Below, piece after piece: positions 47,666 to 56,093 of a stretch of DNA of 64,000 bases. The stretch comes from an uncultured bacterium (lineage in GTDB: Bacteria; Planctomycetota; UBA1135; UBA2386). The stretch is from positions 81,452 to 145,451 of the forward strand of contig CALFZH010000058.1 of NCBI GenBank assembly GCA_937952215.1, written 5' to 3'. Each line of letters begins with the position of its first letter. The stretch's first letter is position 1. Under the pieces are notes generated by a model. The model did no database searches and was not told where the DNA came from. It saw only the letters and a list, made by a program, of their open reading frames with translations. A program made the position numbers and the translations under genes.

Positions 47666-48667
47666 GTGCCGCTGCCAAGACTGCTCGCCGCCTGCGTCCT
47701 GTTCCTCGCTCTCGCGTCATGCCGCAGTGCGCCGCCGCAGCCACTGACCTGGGCGATCGCGATCCACGGTGGTGCGGGCACGATCGCCAAGGACCAGCCG
47801 GCGGCCGTGCGCAAGGACTACGAGGATGCGCTCGCGGCGGCGCTGAGCTACGGCAAGGACCGCCTGCAGCGGGGCGCGTCTGCGCTCGACGTCTGCGAGG
47901 CGGTCGTGCGCATCCTCGAGGACGATCCGCGGTTCAATGCCGGCAAGGGCGCGGTTTTCACCGAGAAGGGCGAGCACGAGCTCGATGCCTCGATCATGGA
48001 CGGGTCGACGCTGCGCTGCGGCGCGGTCGCTGGTGTGCGCACCGTGAAAAACCCGATCGTGCTGGCTCGCCTGGTGATGGAGAAGACCCGCCACGTGCTG
48101 CTGGCCGGGGACGGAGCCGAGAAGTTCGCCGACGGCCAACAGGTCGAGCGCGTGAAGAACGACTGGTTCGACACCGACGCGCGACGCCGGGCGCTCGAGC
48201 AGGTGCTGGAGGAACGCGCGCGCACCGGCGCCTTGGTCCGGCCGTCGTCGCCGCAGCACGACTACGGCACGGTCGGCTGCGTCGCGCTCGACGCGCAAGG
48301 CCGGCTCGCGGCGGCGACCAGCACCGGCGGCATGACCGGCAAGCGGCTCGGCCGCGTCGGCGACACGCCGTTGATCGGTGCTGGCAACTACGCCGACCGC
48401 TTCGTCGCCGTGAGCTGCACGGGCACCGGCGAGCAGTTCATCCGCCACGGTGTCGCCCGGGCGCTGTCGGCGCGGATCGAGTTCGGCCGCCAGACGCTCG
48501 ACGAGGCGGCGAACGCGTTGGTGTTCCGCGTGCTGCAGCCCGACGACGGCGGCTTGATCGCCGTCGACCGCATGGGGGCGATCGCGATGCCGTTCAACAG
48601 CGACGGCATGTACCGCGGCTGCGCCGATTCGGCCGGGCGGTTCCTCGTCCGGATCTTCGCCGAGTGA
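47666..48667 (+). CDS. iaaA: isoaspartyl peptidase / L-asparaginase (Ntn hydrolase), lipoprotein
   Basis: GTG 47666 preceded by GGAGG (47657-47661). Lipobox LFLALASC. AIHGGAG, nucleophile GTVGCVALD, GAGNYAD. Confidence 0.9.
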   Translation: MPLPRLLAACVLFLALASCRSAPPQPLTWAIAIHGGAGTIAKDQPAAVRKDYEDALAAALSYGKDRLQRGASALDVCEAVVRILEDDPRFNAGKGAVFTEKGEHELDASIMDGSTLRCGAVAGVRTVKNPIVLARLVMEKTRHVLLAGDGAEKFADGQQVERVKNDWFDTDARRRALEQVLEERARTGALVRPSSPQHDYGTVGCVALDAQGRLAAATSTGGMTGKRLGRVGDTPLIGAGNYADRFVAVSCTGTGEQFIRHGVARALSARIEFGRQTLDEAANALVFRVLQPDDGGLIAVDRMGAIAMPFNSDGMYRGCADSAGRFLVRIFAE

Positions 48668-50604
48668 AGCTCGCTCGCGCGCTGCTGTTCGCAGGCTGCT
48701 CGCTGCTGCTGCTGGCGGTCGCGCTTCGCCTCGCGTGGATCGGTGACGACGCGTGCATCACGCTGCGCACGGTCGAGAACCTGGTGCGCGGCGACGGCAT
48801 GCGCTGGAACGCCGCCGACCGCGTGCTGATCAACACGCACCCGGCGTGGACGTTCGTGCTCGCGGCGGGCCGCTGGATCAGCGGCGAGTCGTACTTCACC
48901 ACGATCGCGATCGGACTCGCGTTGTCGACGGTCACCGTGCTGCTGCTGCTGCGCGCTGCCGGAACAGCGGTGGCGATGCTCGCGGTGACCGTGCTGTTGG
49001 CGAACGCCCGCGCGTTCGGCGACTACTCGACCTCGGGGTTGGAGACGCCGTTGTCCGGCCTGTTGCTGGTCCTCTTCGCCCGCACCGTGATGGCAGGGCG
49101 GGAGCAGCCGCGCTTCGGCCGGCTGGTGTTGCTGGCGTCGCTGCTCGTGCTGACGCGGGTCGACCTCGCCGTGCTCGTGGCGCCGGCCGTCCTCGCCAGT
49201 CTGCGCGGCGCGCCGTTCGCCAGCCGCCTGCGCATCGCCGCGCTGGCGTCGCTGCCGCTGCTGCTGTGGCTCCTGTTCGCGACGATGTACTTCGGCAGCC
49301 CGCTGCCGGTGGTCGCGCACAGCAAGGCGATCGCCGTCGGCATCCCGGCCTGGGATCTCGCGCGCCAGGGCCTGCGCTACCTCGCGTTCGCGGCGGGCGA
49401 CGACCCGTTGCTGCTGCCGACGATCGGCGTCGGGCTGCTGCTCGGCCTGCGGCAGGAGCGCACGCGTTGGCTCGCGTTCGGCGCGCTCCTGTACGTCGGC
49501 TACGTGGTCAAGGTCGGCGGCGACTTCATGGCCGGGCGCTTCCTGGTGCCGCCGTTCGTGATCGCCATGTCGGTGCTGGCGCCGTGGCTGGCTGCGCGTG
49601 CGACGTGGGTCGCGGGCATGGTGTTGGCGGCGGCGGTGGTGGGCGCATCGCTGCGTGGCGTGCCCGACTGGTTGCGCTCGCCAGCGAGCGACGTCGCGCC
49701 GAGCGAGGAGCAGATCCACGCCCAGCACGGGATCGTGGACGAACGTCGCGCCTACTTCCCTGTCTACGGGTTGTTCGCCGAACGTCGCCAGCCGCCGCAG
49801 TTCGGCTTGCTCGACCAACTCGTCCGTCCAGACGGTGGGCCGGCTTGGTTCCTGGTCAGCGGCGCCGTCGGTGCTCCGGGCTTCGGAGCGGGACCACGCG
49901 GTCACGTGATCGACGCGTTGTTGTGCGATCCGCTGCTCGCGCGCCTGCCGGCGCTCAATCCCCGCCGCTGGCGCATCGGCCACGTGCTGCGCCGGGTTCC
50001 GGAGGGCTACTTCGAATCGCTCGCCAGCGGCGAGAACCGCATCCTGCATCCGGGGCTGCGCGCCTACTGGGAAGAACTGCGGGCGGTCACGCGTGCGCCG
50101 GTGTTCTCGGCGGAACGTTGGTCCTCGGTCTGGAAGCTCGCGTCCGGCGCGTGCGACGACGGCCTGCGCGCGTTCGTGGCCGAGCACTACTACTCACCGC
50201 CGCGCGTGACCATCCCGGCGAACGAACTGCCGCCGGAGTTGCCGCTGGGCGCGTACTGGTTCGACGAACCGCGTGTGCACCTCGTCTACGAGGGCGGCGT
50301 CGCGATCCGTTGGGAGGGGCCGCGCACGGCGACGTCGATCCGGCTGCAGGCGTTCGCCGGCTTCCATCGTTACCGCTGCCGGTTCGTGCGCGACGGCGAA
50401 GTGCGCGGCGAAGCGCTGACGGCGATGCCGCTGCGACCCGATCCCACGCAGTGGCGCCAGAGCGTCGGGCTGCAGGCGATGACGCTGGCGGTGCCGTCCG
50501 AGGTCGGTGCATTCGACACGCTGTGGATCGACGCCATGGTGACGCCCATCTCGCACGCTGCGCTGGGGCCGCCCGGTCTTGGCGCTGTCGTGCCGGCGGA
50601 CTGA
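48664..50604 (+). CDS. GT-C-fold integral-membrane glycosyltransferase (arabinofuranosyltransferase-like)
   Basis: GTG 48664 overlaps the iaaA TGA (GTGA). IGDDACITLRTVENLVRGDGMRWN loop motif, about 9 TM spans, soluble C-terminal domain. Confidence 0.65.
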   Translation: MKLARALLFAGCSLLLLAVALRLAWIGDDACITLRTVENLVRGDGMRWNAADRVLINTHPAWTFVLAAGRWISGESYFTTIAIGLALSTVTVLLLLRAAGTAVAMLAVTVLLANARAFGDYSTSGLETPLSGLLLVLFARTVMAGREQPRFGRLVLLASLLVLTRVDLAVLVAPAVLASLRGAPFASRLRIAALASLPLLLWLLFATMYFGSPLPVVAHSKAIAVGIPAWDLARQGLRYLAFAAGDDPLLLPTIGVGLLLGLRQERTRWLAFGALLYVGYVVKVGGDFMAGRFLVPPFVIAMSVLAPWLAARATWVAGMVLAAAVVGASLRGVPDWLRSPASDVAPSEEQIHAQHGIVDERRAYFPVYGLFAERRQPPQFGLLDQLVRPDGGPAWFLVSGAVGAPGFGAGPRGHVIDALLCDPLLARLPALNPRRWRIGHVLRRVPEGYFESLASGENRILHPGLRAYWEELRAVTRAPVFSAERWSSVWKLASGACDDGLRAFVAEHYYSPPRVTIPANELPPELPLGAYWFDEPRVHLVYEGGVAIRWEGPRTATSIRLQAFAGFHRYRCRFVRDGEVRGEALTAMPLRPDPTQWRQSVGLQAMTLAVPSEVGAFDTLWIDAMVTPISHAALGPPGLGAVVPAD

Positions 50605-50607
50605 CGG

Positions 50608-52305
50608 TCACTCGACGCGCAGTGGCCACGGCGGGCTCGTCGGCAGCCGTGCGGGATCTTCGGCCGTCGTCGTCGGCACGCGGCGCAGCCGCAGGAACAG
50701 GTCGACGCCGCGCGGCAGGAACGCAAAGCCACCCTCGGGCAGCGTGAACGTGTCGCCGGTGATCGCCCAGGTGCCGCCGGTCCACTCGTGCGTGGCGAGG
50801 TGCACGCGGCCCGCGGCATCGAAGGCGTAGAGCGAGTAGCGCACGCCCGGCGGCGCGTCCGGGTCGTCCCAGTGCAGCGTCGGCGGCGTGCGCAGCACCC
50901 CGCCGCCGGCGTCGCGCCACCGCAGGTGCGGCGTGGTGGCCGGAGCGACGATGCCGCCGACGAGGGAGCGATGCGACGGTGGGGCGGGCGCCAGCTCGAT
51001 CGCGAACGCCGGCGCGAACCAGCCGACGAACACGGCGATCGCCGCGAGCGGCGGCAGCGCGGCGAACGCGCGCCGCCATGCGAGACCGTTGGTGAGTCGC
51101 AGCAGGCCCACCGCGAGCAGGATCGCCGCGGGCGCTGCGGCCGGCAGCAGCAGGCGCGCCTGGGGTTGCGGCGACTTCCAGTTGAAGGTCGCGGTGCCGG
51201 CGAACACGAGCAGCAGCGCGAGCGCCAGCAGCCAGGACTCGTGCAGCGGCGGACGTTCGCGATCCATGCGCCAGCGCGCGAGCCCGGCCAGCGCCAGCGC
51301 GGCGACGGATGTCCCGGTCCACACCAGTGCCGACGGCGCCGGCAGGCTGAACCAGCCGAAGCGGCCGAACAACGCCGGCCCGATCGTCGGCAGGAAGCCG
51401 CTGGTGAACCACGTCCATCGATGTTCGGGCGGGATCGGCGCGAACGCCGCGTCGTGCGCGCTCGTTGCCAGCAGGTCGCCGTAGAGCATGCCGTTGCGCA
51501 CGAACCACCAGCCGGCGAGCGCGGCCAGGACCAGCGCCGAGATCGCGGCGGCGACTGCGCACGCGCGGCGGCCGTCGCCGTCGCGGCGTGCACGCACGAC
51601 GAACGCGAGGGCGGCGAGCGGCAGCAGGAACAACGTCGTCAGCTTGGTGAGCAGCGCGCCAGCGAGCAGGGCACCGATCACGACGCCATGCCCGCGCCGC
51701 ACGCGTTCGGCACGCAGCATCGTCACGATCGCCAGCACGGCCGCGGTCGTGACGGTGATCGCCAGCACGTCGTTGTTGAGCACGCCATGCAGGAACGACC
51801 ACATCGGCAGGCACGCGGTCAGCAGCGCCGCGAGGTCGGCGACGCGCGGCATGGTCGGGCAGCAGATCCGGGCGAGCCGGTGGAGCAGCACGAGCGACAG
51901 CGCGCCGAGCGCCACGGAAACGCTGCGCAGCAGCAGCAGCACGGCGGGCGGGCCGACGGCGTGGCGGAACTTCAGGTGCTGCGACGGTTGCGTCGCGTCG
52001 CCGAACGCCGGATTGCCCAGCGGGCCGAACACGGTGTCGTCGGTGCCGGTCGCGAGCAGCGGGAGTGCCAGCAGCGCGTAGTACAGCGGTGGATGGTGGG
52101 CGAGGCCGACCTGCTCGGTCTGCGGCAGGCCACGCGCCGCGGCGAGCTGCCGCGCGAGCGGCAGCTTCTTGGCGTTGGCGAGGTGCCAGGCGTACTCGTA
52201 GTGGCTGTTCTCGTCGGGGCCCTCGAAGCTCGGCGTGCGCCACGCGTAGGCGCCGGCGAGTGCGAGGTGCAGGGCGACGGCGAGCAGAAGCCACGAACGC
52301 GGCAT
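50608..52305 (-). CDS. GT-C-fold membrane glycosyltransferase (ArnT/PMT-like)
   Basis: From ATG 52305 in ORF 50608..53721. First-loop GPDENSHYEYAWHL (DE motif), more than 10 TM spans, C-terminal soluble beta-rich domain. Confidence 0.7.
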   Translation of the reverse strand: MPRSWLLLAVALHLALAGAYAWRTPSFEGPDENSHYEYAWHLANAKKLPLARQLAAARGLPQTEQVGLAHHPPLYYALLALPLLATGTDDTVFGPLGNPAFGDATQPSQHLKFRHAVGPPAVLLLLRSVSVALGALSLVLLHRLARICCPTMPRVADLAALLTACLPMWSFLHGVLNNDVLAITVTTAAVLAIVTMLRAERVRRGHGVVIGALLAGALLTKLTTLFLLPLAALAFVVRARRDGDGRRACAVAAAISALVLAALAGWWFVRNGMLYGDLLATSAHDAAFAPIPPEHRWTWFTSGFLPTIGPALFGRFGWFSLPAPSALVWTGTSVAALALAGLARWRMDRERPPLHESWLLALALLLVFAGTATFNWKSPQPQARLLLPAAAPAAILLAVGLLRLTNGLAWRRAFAALPPLAAIAVFVGWFAPAFAIELAPAPPSHRSLVGGIVAPATTPHLRWRDAGGGVLRTPPTLHWDDPDAPPGVRYSLYAFDAAGRVHLATHEWTGGTWAITGDTFTLPEGGFAFLPRGVDLFLRLRRVPTTTAEDPARLPTSPPWPLRVE

Positions 52306-52364
52306 GCGGCGCACTCTACGGCGCGTGCCCGCGGCTAACGCGAAGCTTGACCACGCCGCGGTGG

Positions 52365-52526
52365 CTGCACATGCTGCGCGCGCCTGTCGCAGGGAAGTCC
52401 GGTGCAACACCGGCGCTGTCCCGCAGCTGTCACCGGGTACGAACGTCCAACAGCCACTGGTGGTCCGTGTCGGATCCCCGGGAAGGCGGACCAGTAGGTC
52501 GATCCGGAAGCCAGAACACCTGCGCC
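52365..52526 (+). promoter_or_regulatory. cobalamin (B12) riboswitch
   Basis: AGGGAAGTCCGGTGCAACACCGG (from 52391), GCTGTCCCGCAGCTGT, CAGCCACTGG, GGGAAGGCGG, and B12 box GAAGCCAGAACACCTGCGCC ending at 52526. All are in the canonical order on the + strand. Confidence 0.85.
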
Positions 52527-52590
52527 CGGCCGGCCCTCGCGGGCCGCTCCGATCCTCCGCGCGGCGCGCTACACGCCGACTGGAGACCGA

Positions 52591-53964
52591 ATGTCTGTTC
52601 CGACCGCTCTCGGGCGGCGCGCCCTTGCGCCCCGCACCCCCTTCTTCCGTTCGTCCTTCGCCGCGGCGCTGCTCGCCGCCCTGGCGCCGATCGCGGCGCA
52701 GCAGGTGCCCGAAGGACTCGCCGCCACCACGGCGCGTGTGACCGCGGCCACGAGCCTGGCGCTGCACACCGCCGCCGGCGTCGTGACGTTCGACACCGGC
52801 AGCGTCCTGCTGACGCCACCGGGCCAGCCGTCGCAGAACCTGCTGACGCTGAGTGGCACCGTGTTCGGTTCGTTCCTGCTGCAGACCGACGCCGCGCACG
52901 TGCTGTTCGGGCACACGGGCTTCGGCCCGAATGGCGCCAACGACCGCGTGTGGCTCGTGCCGCTGCAGGGCCCGTCGCCGGCATTGCCGCTGGCTGCCGT
53001 GCCGTTCAACTACGACGCGGTGATGCTGACGGCGACGAGCGTGCTCGTGTCGGCTCGCGCCGGCGGCTTCGCTGTCGCGCAGAACGACCTCGTCGTCCTC
53101 GATCTCGCCACCGGCGGCACCCAGACCATCGCGACGCTGCCGGGCGCCTCGGGCCCGGTCGTGATCGCACCGAACGGCGACGTCCTGTATGCGACCGCAT
53201 CCCCGTCGTTCCCGGCCCCGCCCGGGGCCGTGGAGATCCTGCGGTTCCTGCGTGTGGACATCGACGACGCGATCGCCAACCAGACGGTGCTCGGCATCGC
53301 CGACGCGCAGGTGGTTTGCACCGCCCTCGATGCGGCGAGCGACTTCGCCATCGACGACGACGGCGATCTGCTGTTCGTCGACTGGATGAACGCGCGCGTC
53401 AGCGAGATCAGCGACGTGGACACCATGCCGACGCTCGTCCCGGCGGTCGTCGACTACACGAATGCGCCCACGTTCCCGGCGACGCTGCAGTTCGTGCCGG
53501 GCTCGCAGCAGGGTCAGTTCGAGCCGTTCCAGCCGACCAACGGGCGCCTGGTCGTCTTCGAGTCGGACTACTGGAGCACGACCCGATTGCGCACGGTCAC
53601 TGCGGCCCCGGCGTCGCTGCACGTCAGCGGCGGTGCGGTGATCCCCACCGGTCCGTTCACGATCGCTGCGACGAAAGGGCCGAGCCTCGGTCTCGGTGTC
53701 ATCGCGTTCACGCTCGGCCACGGGCCGGGACCGGTCGCCGCCAGCGTGCCCGGCTACGAGCAGTTGTTGTGGCTCGCGCCTGCCGTGCTGAACGGCAACC
53801 CGATCCAGGTGCTCGTGCCGTTCGACGCCGCCGGCTCGGCATCGCTGGTGGTGCCCAACCCGGGCTTCGCGTCGGCGATCACGGCGACGACGCAGGTGGT
53901 GTTCTTGTCGACCACGGCCGTGCTCGGCGCGACCAACCCGGTCGCGATCACGATCGGCCAGTGA
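52591..53964 (+). CDS. secreted beta-propeller-like hypothetical protein (riboswitch-controlled)
   Basis: SD GGAG (52582-52585). Signal peptide ...FAAALLAALAPIAAQQ. Blade-like repeats VVIAPNGDVLYATAS and DDDGDLLFVDWMNARVSEIS. Confidence 0.6.
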   Translation: MSVPTALGRRALAPRTPFFRSSFAAALLAALAPIAAQQVPEGLAATTARVTAATSLALHTAAGVVTFDTGSVLLTPPGQPSQNLLTLSGTVFGSFLLQTDAAHVLFGHTGFGPNGANDRVWLVPLQGPSPALPLAAVPFNYDAVMLTATSVLVSARAGGFAVAQNDLVVLDLATGGTQTIATLPGASGPVVIAPNGDVLYATASPSFPAPPGAVEILRFLRVDIDDAIANQTVLGIADAQVVCTALDAASDFAIDDDGDLLFVDWMNARVSEISDVDTMPTLVPAVVDYTNAPTFPATLQFVPGSQQGQFEPFQPTNGRLVVFESDYWSTTRLRTVTAAPASLHVSGGAVIPTGPFTIAATKGPSLGLGVIAFTLGHGPGPVAASVPGYEQLLWLAPAVLNGNPIQVLVPFDAAGSASLVVPNPGFASAITATTQVVFLSTTAVLGATNPVAITIGQ

Positions 53965-56008
53965 CGGCGAGCCCGCGGCGCGCGAGCAGCGCCCGCGGGT
54001 CCAGCGGCCGGCCGCAGAACGCGGCGAACATCGCGGCCGGCTCGCGCGTCATGCCGCGCGACAGCACGTGCTCGCGGAAACGGGCGCCGTTGCCGGCGGT
54101 CATGCCGCCGTTCGTCGCGCAGGTGGCGAACGCGTCGGCGGCGAGCGCCTCGCTCCAGAGGTAGGCGTAGTAGCCCGCGCCATAGCCGCCGGGCCAGACG
54201 TGCGCGAAATAGGCGCTGCGGTAGCGCGGCGGCACCAGCTCGTGGGCAACTCCGCGCGCACGCAAGGCGTCGCGTTCGAACGCCACGACGTCGGCGACTG
54301 TCGTGCCCGGCGCCAGCGAGTGCCACTCGAGGTCGAGCCAGGCCGCCGCGATGTACTCGAGCGAGGCGAACCCCTGGCCGAAGCGCCGCGCGGCCCGTAG
54401 CGCCGTGATGGTCGAAGTCGGCAGCACCGCACCGGTGACCGCGTGCCGCGCGTACTCCGCGAGCAGGGCCGGCTCGAACGCGAAGTCCTCGTGGAACTGC
54501 GACGGGAACTCGACGAAGTCGCGCGGCACCGCAGTGCCCGACAGCAGCGGATGGCGCACGCGGCTGAACAGGCCGTGCACGGCGTGGCCGAACTCGTGGA
54601 ACAGCGTCGTCACTTCGTCGAAGCCGAGCAGCGTCGGCTGGCCGCGGCCGGCCTTGACGATGTTCAGCACGTTGACGACGACCGGCCGCTGCCCGAGCAG
54701 TTCGCTCTGGTCGACGAAGTCGCTCATCCAGGCGCCGCCGCGCTTGCCCGGCCGCGCGAAGCAGTCGAGGTAGAACAGCCCGAGCGGTTCGCCCGAACGT
54801 TCGAGCACGTCGAACACGCGCACGTCGGGGTGCCACACCGGGAGGTCGTGGCGTTGGCGCAGTTCGATGCCGTAGAGCGCGCGCGCCATCGCGAACACGC
54901 CGCGCGTCAGCACCGATCCGAACTCGAAGTGCTGCCGCACCTCGGCGTCGTCGATGCCGTGCTTGCTGCGCCGGACCTGGTCGGCGACCCACGCCCAGTC
55001 GGCGGCGCGCAGCCGGGTTCCCGGCCGGTGCGTGTCGAGCCAGGCCTGCAGCTCGGCCGCCTCGGCGTTTGCCTTCGTGACGATCGCCGGCGTGAGATCG
55101 GCGAGCAGCCGTTCGACCGCGGCGACCGAGCCCGCCATCTGGTCCGCGAGCACGTGCTCGGCATGGCTGGCGCAGCCGAACAGGCCGGCGCGCTCGGCAC
55201 GCAGGGCCGCGAGCCGCGCGACCACGGCGCGCGTGTCGTGGTCGTTGCCGCGCGAGCATCGCGCCAGCGACGCGGCGTGCAGCGCGGCGCGCGTGCCGGC
55301 GTCCTGCAGCGCAGCCAGTGCCGACTGCGAACTCGGCAGCTGCAGGTCGAGTCGCCAGCGGCCGGGCTGGCCCGCCGCCGCGGCGGCCGCAGCGATCGCG
55401 CCGTCGTCGAGCCCGGCGAGCCGGCGCACGTCGTCGACGACGACCGCCGACGCCGCGGTGTCGGCGAGCAGCCGTTCCTGGAACGTCGTCTGCAGCGTGC
55501 TGCATTCGGCGTTGATCGCGCGCAGTCGCGCCTGGGCCGCCGGCGCGAGCTGGGCGCCGTTGCGCACGAACGCGAGGTGGTACCGCTCGACCAGCCGCCG
55601 CCGCTCCGGATCAGCGAGATCGTCGCGCGCGGCGAACACCGCAGCGACGCGCGCGAACAGCGGCGCATCGAGCCAGATCGCATCGTGGTGCGCGGCGAGT
55701 TGCGGCGCGACTTCGGCCTGGATCGCCTGGATCGCCGGCGTCGTCGCCGCCTCGGTCAGGTGGAAGAACGCCTTGCCGACGCGGGTCAGCAGCTGGCCCG
55801 CGCGCTCGAGCGCCTCGATGGTGTTCGCGAACGTCGGCGGCTCGGCCGCGTCGGCGATCGCCCGCACTTCGGTGGCGTGGCAACGCATGCCTTCGGCGAA
55901 GGCGGGTCGCCAGTGTTCGTCGCGCAGCCGGTCGAACGGCGGCGCGAGGAACGGCAAGGAACTCGGGCAGGCGAGCGGGTGGTCTGCGGGCAGGTTCGCA
56001 GTTGGCAT
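53948..56008 (-). CDS. dcp: peptidyl-dipeptidase Dcp / oligopeptidase A family (M3 metallopeptidase)
   Basis: ATG 56008 (MPTANLPADHPL...LPFLAPPFDRLRDEHWRPAFAEGM). Zinc motif TLFHEFGHAVHG. Confidence 0.9.
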   Translation of the reverse strand: MPTANLPADHPLACPSSLPFLAPPFDRLRDEHWRPAFAEGMRCHATEVRAIADAAEPPTFANTIEALERAGQLLTRVGKAFFHLTEAATTPAIQAIQAEVAPQLAAHHDAIWLDAPLFARVAAVFAARDDLADPERRRLVERYHLAFVRNGAQLAPAAQARLRAINAECSTLQTTFQERLLADTAASAVVVDDVRRLAGLDDGAIAAAAAAAGQPGRWRLDLQLPSSQSALAALQDAGTRAALHAASLARCSRGNDHDTRAVVARLAALRAERAGLFGCASHAEHVLADQMAGSVAAVERLLADLTPAIVTKANAEAAELQAWLDTHRPGTRLRAADWAWVADQVRRSKHGIDDAEVRQHFEFGSVLTRGVFAMARALYGIELRQRHDLPVWHPDVRVFDVLERSGEPLGLFYLDCFARPGKRGGAWMSDFVDQSELLGQRPVVVNVLNIVKAGRGQPTLLGFDEVTTLFHEFGHAVHGLFSRVRHPLLSGTAVPRDFVEFPSQFHEDFAFEPALLAEYARHAVTGAVLPTSTITALRAARRFGQGFASLEYIAAAWLDLEWHSLAPGTTVADVVAFERDALRARGVAHELVPPRYRSAYFAHVWPGGYGAGYYAYLWSEALAADAFATCATNGGMTAGNGARFREHVLSRGMTREPAAMFAAFCGRPLDPRALLARRGLAVTGRS

Positions 56009-56093
56009 GCGGTGGCGAGAGCCTACGCGCACGGTGACGAGCAGCCAGAAGTCCGACGGCTCTTGCCCTCGGGACGCGACCGCCGCGCGCAGA

